The position numbers and the translations under genes are program-made. The notes under the pieces were generated by a model. The model made no database searches, was not told the DNA's origin, and saw only the letters and a list, made by a program, of their open reading frames with translations. This document shows, piece by piece, positions 58,931 through 64,000 of a DNA stretch of 64,000 nt. Source of the DNA: Sedimentisphaerales bacterium (GTDB lineage Bacteria > Planctomycetota > Phycisphaerae > Sedimentisphaerales > SM23-30); NCBI GenBank assembly GCA_963663965.2, contig CAXXFK010000028.1, forward strand, positions 288,001 to 352,000. Reading direction: 5' to 3'. Every line of letters begins with the position of its first letter. Position 1 is the stretch's first letter.

Positions 58931-60653
58931 CCCTCTTATGAATGACCCCGTCAATAATCAGATTGCCGAACTGCTGTCGCTTGCTCTGGAGCATGAGATT
59001 ACCGATGACCAGATTCAACAACTCAATGCCCTGGTCAAAAATCATCCCGATCGGATTCAATTTGCCGTCAACTATCTTCAACTGAGTTCAGCGTTAAAAT
59101 TTTCCAAAAAAATTGCCGGCATGGAGCAATCCTGGAATGCCGCCAGTCCGAATCCAAACGCGATCATGGAAACCTTGGCCTTAATGGCCGAAGATGAAAA
59201 GTTGGCCCCTGCGGTTGAGCCGGAGATCCCGCTTCCCGAAATTCAGAATATTCCACCCAAAAAGCCGGAAGCCCCTCAGGTTAATTACCGGATTAAAAAG
59301 AGAACCATCGCTTCGATTGCCGCGATTATCACGATTATCTTTTACATCCATTTTGTTCAGTACTCGGCATCAAAGTCTAAAAATAGCTGCGTCGCCCGGT
59401 TAATTAATACGGTTGACGCCCAATGGGAAACGGTTTCAGGTAATCAAACAATAGCCACTGATTTATGCCCCGGTCCCATGAAATTAACTCATGGTCTGGC
59501 CGAGATTCAGTTGAACAGTGGTGTCAATGTCATCATTGAAGCGCCGACTCAGTTTACCCTGGAATCCTCCAGTCAGCTTTTTCTCCAACAAGGTCGTTTG
59601 GTGGCAAAAATTGATAATGTCACAGATAATCCGTTTGTTGTCCGGTCAACCCATGCCAGTATTGTCGATTATGGCACGGAATTTGGTGTTCAGGTTGATA
59701 CTGTCGGCAATACGCTCACACATGTCTATCAGGGCAAAGTGGAATTGAGAAGCGGGTCTAATCCCCTGCGTTTCGAAAACAGCATGGTCCTGGTGCAGAA
59801 TCAGGCCGGCCTGGCCGATAACAAGGGGAGTTTTTCTTCTCAGGAGGGCTTGGCCGGCCGGTTTGTACGCCGGCATGAATTCAATACCAAAGCCATGGCC
59901 GCCCGCGGCTCCGCCTACCATCGTTGGCTGGCCTACCGTTATCAGTTGCAGCGAGATCCGGATCTGGTTGCGTACTATACCTTTGAACGCGATAGTAAAA
60001 ATCCGGATCAACTGATTAATATGGCCAATGCCACCTCAGGCATGTTAAATGGAACATTAAAAGCGGCCAACCCTCTCGCGTTGCCCATCTGGACCGAGGG
60101 GCGCTGGCCTCAAACAACCGCTCTGTTGTTTGACCGGTCCCAAAAGCAATATGTGCAAGTCCCCCCCAATCCCGCTTTCAGCCTCAACGGGCCGATCACA
60201 GTCGCTGCCTGGGTCAATTGTTCTGGACCGGACGATGGCGGCCATATCCTGTCCAACCGGGTTGGGGTAAGGTCCTTATGCAACTACCAGTTGGGATATC
60301 GAAGCCCAACCTATCCCGAATGGAAACACGGAATGCATCTGTCACGCAAAAAAGACAGTCAGGATAAAAACAATCAAATTTACAGCAAAACGCTGCCGGA
60401 TGTTTCCGGTTGGGTCTTGATTGCTGCCACCCATGATAATCAGGTCGTAAAATTCTATCTGAATGGAAAACGGGTCGATGTCAAAAATTGGCCGGTTACT
60501 CAGCCTCTCGAAGAAGCGGGTCTCATGATTGGATCGGATTTCTCACCGGATGATCCGTCCCGCTTCAATGGCAAACTCAGTGAAATCATCATTGCCAGGC
60601 GCGTGTTCTCCGAGCAGGAAATGGCTGAAATGTTTCAGGCCGGAAAACCATAA
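58923..60653 (+). CDS. FecR-type anti-sigma factor with a C-terminal LamG domain
   Basis: Overlaps the sigma stop by 8 nt; TM segment; FecR motifs G..VIIEAP, GRL.A and DYGTEFGV.V; LamG motifs DPDLVAYY.F, FYLNG and F.G.L.E. Confidence 0.88.
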   Translation: MANPLMNDPVNNQIAELLSLALEHEITDDQIQQLNALVKNHPDRIQFAVNYLQLSSALKFSKKIAGMEQSWNAASPNPNAIMETLALMAEDEKLAPAVEPEIPLPEIQNIPPKKPEAPQVNYRIKKRTIASIAAIITIIFYIHFVQYSASKSKNSCVARLINTVDAQWETVSGNQTIATDLCPGPMKLTHGLAEIQLNSGVNVIIEAPTQFTLESSSQLFLQQGRLVAKIDNVTDNPFVVRSTHASIVDYGTEFGVQVDTVGNTLTHVYQGKVELRSGSNPLRFENSMVLVQNQAGLADNKGSFSSQEGLAGRFVRRHEFNTKAMAARGSAYHRWLAYRYQLQRDPDLVAYYTFERDSKNPDQLINMANATSGMLNGTLKAANPLALPIWTEGRWPQTTALLFDRSQKQYVQVPPNPAFSLNGPITVAAWVNCSGPDDGGHILSNRVGVRSLCNYQLGYRSPTYPEWKHGMHLSRKKDSQDKNNQIYSKTLPDVSGWVLIAATHDNQVVKFYLNGKRVDVKNWPVTQPLEEAGLMIGSDFSPDDPSRFNGKLSEIIIARRVFSEQEMAEMFQAGKP

Positions 60654-60766
60654 ACATTCCTGTTGACTGACCAAGTTTGCAAAAAATAATTTATGGAAAA
60701 TCGTTCGAGTGTGTCGCCCGAACATCATTCCACCCATGGATACTCTTTGTCTAAGGAGAAAATAAA

Positions 60767-62806
60767 ATGAGAATCAAATGCTTTCTTTTAGGGTTATTGT
60801 GCCTGCTGGGTACTGAAGTCTTCGCGGCGAACGCGACGCTGGACGATATGTATAATGCGGCAAATGAACTCATCGGCAATACGACTTATACCTTCTTTAA
60901 TTTCGGCGGGCCGGATTATGGCTACCGGACCAAAGAATGGGGTACTTATGGTGATCTGGCGGATTCCAGCCGCACCTGGAGCGATCCGGATCATCAGCCG
61001 ATTGTCAACTCGATGACCGGCTTGATTCCTTCGATTACCTACGATGTCTATGTCATTGCCGGTGGTAAAGTCAGTACCGGTACCACAGAAGACTGGGGTG
61101 TCCAGGTTGGCTTCGCCCCCGATGAGTATTCACTGGTTACCGTCGATATTGGCGATGATGCGACACTGACCAAATATAATCTGGGTTTGTATAACAACGG
61201 TTCCAGCTATCCCTTCAGGGAAGTTCAATCATCTGCCGCCAGCGCCTGCATGTGGGCAGTGTTGGCCGGAACGGTAGTAACGGACGAATCGGGTAATACT
61301 ACCGTTTACGTGAATGATTGCGAAACCATTAATATCAATGGCAGTGTTGGCGATCGGACCTGGTACGATGGCCTGCTGCTGACGCCAACCGCATCCCCGA
61401 ATCATCCCGTTCCCGCGGATGGTGAAACAGGGGTTGCAGCGGATAACCTGACCCTGTCCTGGCTGGGTGGCCGGGATCCGAACGGCCTTTATATCTCCGA
61501 GGGATATTATGTTTATCTGGGCACCTCCTCGGATAATCTGATCCTTCTGAATACTGCTCTTCTGTCTGCCGATACCTCCACATATAACGTGGGGGCAATC
61601 GATATGAATACCACCTATTACTGGCAGGTGGAGCAGGCCATGGATAACGGCCTGGGTGGTGTTTATGGTGCGGGCGATCCGAATAACAACCTTTTCGGTC
61701 CGGTCTGGAGTTTCTCTTCGGTATTCTCAACCCCGTCAATCACTGAAGAACCTGTAAGTCAGGTTGTAATGGCGGGTGAAACCGCCGAATTCAGCGTTGG
61801 AGTAGATAGCATCTCTTCCCCGACTGTAAAATGGTATTATTCCGCCGATAACGCGACTGATACGCCTGCGGATGATGCCTTTCTATCCACTAATGAAATC
61901 TTGACATTGACGGACGTTACGGTCGCCAATGAAGGATTCTATTATTGTGTCGTCAATAATGATAGCAATATTCCGGTATCATCTGCAACGGCCAGTTTGG
62001 CTCTGGGACGTTTGATGGCTCACTGGACCTTCGATCAGAACGATTACGTCGATGGTCAGTATCTGGATGTCAGTGGCGAAAACCACCCTGCCGACCCGAA
62101 TGGCACACCGGCATTTGCTGCCGGACAAGTCAATGAGGGTATCGATATCGTATGCAATACCGGTAATGGTCCCTCTACTGGAAGTTGGGGTACCGCCGGC
62201 TCCTGGAACCCTTCGGAAATCTCAGGCATGGTCACCATAAGTTTCTGGATGAATTGGGGTGGGCCGGATAACGATTATACCGAACAGATATTCCTTTCTA
62301 AACGTTCGGGAGTCACTCTGGCCGAAGCGACCCAATGGCAGCTTTCCACGGCGACGTCCAATACGCTCAGTTTGCAGAGCCCCACGAGTCTGGTTCAGGC
62401 GCATCAAATTCTCGATCCCGGCAAATGGCAGCATATTGTCGTATGTTGTGATGGAACCACGGCGGTAATTTATATCAATGGCAAACCAGCGGCCAGTGGC
62501 AGTTTCACACTCGGTGATGCCGCCAATGCCACGATTAATCTGGGCGGTAGAAACTTTGCCAATGAACCGGCTGGGTGGATGAATGGTGTGCTGGATGAAG
62601 TGAAAATCTTCAATTATGCCCTGTCCGATGTCGAAGTAGCGAAAATCTTTGTCGCTGACAATCCCGGCAGTACAGTGTGTGTACAATCCCTGAAACCTCA
62701 AGCAACCTATGATATTAACGATGACTGCGTCGTCAATCTGGAAGATGTCGCGCTGCTGATTTCTAACTGGCTGGATTGCGGTATCGTACCGGATTGTGTT
62801 GATTAA
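60767..62806 (+). CDS. Secreted LamG/Ig-domain protein with a C-terminal dockerin-like repeat and no recognisable catalytic domain
   Basis: AAGGAG SD; signal peptide; Fn3-like (P.P.DG, TTYYWQV, GPVWSF), Ig (EGFYYCVV) and LamG (WQHIV, IYING, G.LDEVKIFN) domains; tail YDINDDCVVNLEDV…WLDC. Confidence 0.85.
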   Translation: MRIKCFLLGLLCLLGTEVFAANATLDDMYNAANELIGNTTYTFFNFGGPDYGYRTKEWGTYGDLADSSRTWSDPDHQPIVNSMTGLIPSITYDVYVIAGGKVSTGTTEDWGVQVGFAPDEYSLVTVDIGDDATLTKYNLGLYNNGSSYPFREVQSSAASACMWAVLAGTVVTDESGNTTVYVNDCETININGSVGDRTWYDGLLLTPTASPNHPVPADGETGVAADNLTLSWLGGRDPNGLYISEGYYVYLGTSSDNLILLNTALLSADTSTYNVGAIDMNTTYYWQVEQAMDNGLGGVYGAGDPNNNLFGPVWSFSSVFSTPSITEEPVSQVVMAGETAEFSVGVDSISSPTVKWYYSADNATDTPADDAFLSTNEILTLTDVTVANEGFYYCVVNNDSNIPVSSATASLALGRLMAHWTFDQNDYVDGQYLDVSGENHPADPNGTPAFAAGQVNEGIDIVCNTGNGPSTGSWGTAGSWNPSEISGMVTISFWMNWGGPDNDYTEQIFLSKRSGVTLAEATQWQLSTATSNTLSLQSPTSLVQAHQILDPGKWQHIVVCCDGTTAVIYINGKPAASGSFTLGDAANATINLGGRNFANEPAGWMNGVLDEVKIFNYALSDVEVAKIFVADNPGSTVCVQSLKPQATYDINDDCVVNLEDVALLISNWLDCGIVPDCVD

Positions 62807-62871
62807 GAGCTGAAAGCGGATCTGAATATCTCTGGCCAGATGGCCAACTATCAGAATCGCAAATTAATGAT

Positions 62872-62905
62872 AAAGGAGGGCTTTACCCAAAGCCCTCCTT
62901 TCTTT
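62872..62905 (+). terminator. Rho-independent terminator
   Basis: Perfect 13-bp stem AAAGGAGGGCTTT / AAAGCCCTCCTTT followed by CTTT. Confidence 0.8.
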
Positions 62906-62961
62906 ATACTATAAACACGTTACCAGAATAAGAACCGATAAACCGGAACCGGATCAAAATT

Positions 62962-64000
62962 ATGAATAATAAAAAGTCGCACCGTGTCGTAATTAAAGGT
63001 TGGTTTTGCCTGGCGATGCTGTTAAGCCTGTCAGTACACTCTCTTGCTTCTCCGGAGGATTGGGCCGGGTACGTCAATCCATTTATTGGAACGGTACGGG
63101 GTTCCGGATCAACCTATCCCGGCGCCCAGAGACCATTCGGCATGGTCTCTTTCAGCCCCCATACCGAAGAAGGGAATCATGGCAGTGGCTATCAGTATAC
63201 CTGCGATAAAATCAAAGGGTTCGGCCTGGTTCATCTCAGTGGGGTTGGATGTGACGCCACTTGTGAATTGCCTTTCATGCCGGTGACCGGACCGTTAGAG
63301 TTCTCGCCAGTCACTCATAAACAGGTCTACAGTTCCAGCTATAACCACAAAAAAGAAAATGCCTCACCCGGCTATTACTCAGTTGTTCTGGATCGCTATC
63401 AGGTCGGAGTGGCATTAACCGCATCTTTACGTGGCGCCATGGGCCAGTTTCTCTATACCGCTAAAGATCCGGCCCATCTTCTGTTTAATCCAGCCGATTC
63501 GGCCAATGGATTACGGGAAGGCCGCATAGACATTGATCCGGAAAACAACACCATTTCCGGCTGGATAAAGGGGGGAGGGTTCTGTCATGTAAAAAGTAAT
63601 GATTATACAATTTATTATACGGTCATCTTTGATCATCCGTTCAAAGACTATGGTTTCTGGCAGGCCGACAGGAAAGTTTCAGGGATATCAGAACTCACCG
63701 GTAACGATATTGCTGCCTTTGTCAGTTTCGATACCGGTTTACCCATGACAGTAACGATGAAGACGGGTATTTCTTTTGTCAGTCTGGCCAACGCCCGTCA
63801 GAATCTGCAATCGGAAATTCCCTCCTGGAACTTCCCGGAACTCAAAACCGCTGCCCGGACGGATTGGAACCAGGTGCTTGATAAAATTCAGGTTAAGGGT
63901 GACACGGAAGATGATAAAACGTTGTTTTACACGGCCCTTTATCACGCTCTGTTATTGCCGAGTATCTTCGATGATGTAAATGGTCAGTATATGGGTATGG
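62962..64000 (+). CDS. GH92 alpha-mannosidase family glycoside hydrolase (5' part; runs off the window)
   Basis: Absent from the ORF track because there is no stop. Hand translation: signal peptide, YVNPFIGT, TYPGA..PFGMVSFSP, HLSGVGC, ASPGYYSV, ISFVS..NA..NL and FYTALYH.LL.P. Confidence 0.92.
   Translation, partial: MNNKKSHRVVIKGWFCLAMLLSLSVHSLASPEDWAGYVNPFIGTVRGSGSTYPGAQRPFGMVSFSPHTEEGNHGSGYQYTCDKIKGFGLVHLSGVGCDATCELPFMPVTGPLEFSPVTHKQVYSSSYNHKKENASPGYYSVVLDRYQVGVALTASLRGAMGQFLYTAKDPAHLLFNPADSANGLREGRIDIDPENNTISGWIKGGGFCHVKSNDYTIYYTVIFDHPFKDYGFWQADRKVSGISELTGNDIAAFVSFDTGLPMTVTMKTGISFVSLANARQNLQSEIPSWNFPELKTAARTDWNQVLDKIQVKGDTEDDKTLFYTALYHALLLPSIFDDVNGQYMGM

Noticed and set aside
787..63979. 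Numerous antisense and alternate-frame ORFs in the track (e.g. 787..1341, 1351..2043, 56743..57417, 63000..63286, 63739..63979)
   Set aside because: They are shadows of well-supported genes; those beyond 62962 overlap the open GH92 frame.
1..64000. CRISPR arrays, rRNA, tRNA, transposase or integrase genes
   Set aside because: No regularly spaced direct repeats, cloverleaf or rRNA-like sequence, or DDE/tyrosine-recombinase motifs were seen by eye. A tRNAscan/Rfam run would be needed to exclude them fully.

Overview
Bacterial chromosomal window. The gene content points to Planctomycetota, probably Phycisphaerae/Sedimentisphaerales (inference): DUF1570 and DUF1080 proteins, a planctomycete/verrucomicrobial-type ECF sigma with a FecR-LamG anti-sigma, secreted LamG proteins with dockerin-like Ca-binding repeats, and PEP-CTERM and PAP-type sorting tails. 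It holds scattered housekeeping genes (ectoine-type aspartate kinase, queA, tatD, tcdA, a DksA-like gene, waaA, a parvulin PPIase, an M16 peptidase subunit, mtfA, cheD). It also holds a type II secretion operon gspC-D-E-F-G-I-J-K-L-M with no gspH, a converging vWA-ExbB-ExbD-ExbD-TPR operon with no TonB, many surface or secreted glycan-related proteins (GHL10, GH95, GH92, a clan GH-A lipoprotein, a GLUG protein), a C25 peptidase and a truncated toxin-antitoxin-like pair. I found no rRNA, tRNA, CRISPR array or transposase. The most interesting signals are: (1) one ~185-aa domain in three tandem genes, ending twice in PEP-CTERM and once in a Cys-flanked single dockerin-like repeat, which suggests interchangeable surface-display tails; (2) that same 'half-dockerin' tail on an unrelated protein, with both carriers rich in [DE]-P-N motifs; (3) three 157-179 bp hairpin elements with GGG...CCC ends, each starting at a stop codon (MITE-like); (4) a TonB-less Exb motor operon facing a GspH-less T2SS. 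Six genes are broken by frameshifts at homopolymers or short runs, most likely sequencing or assembly errors. All family calls come from motif recognition, not database searches.
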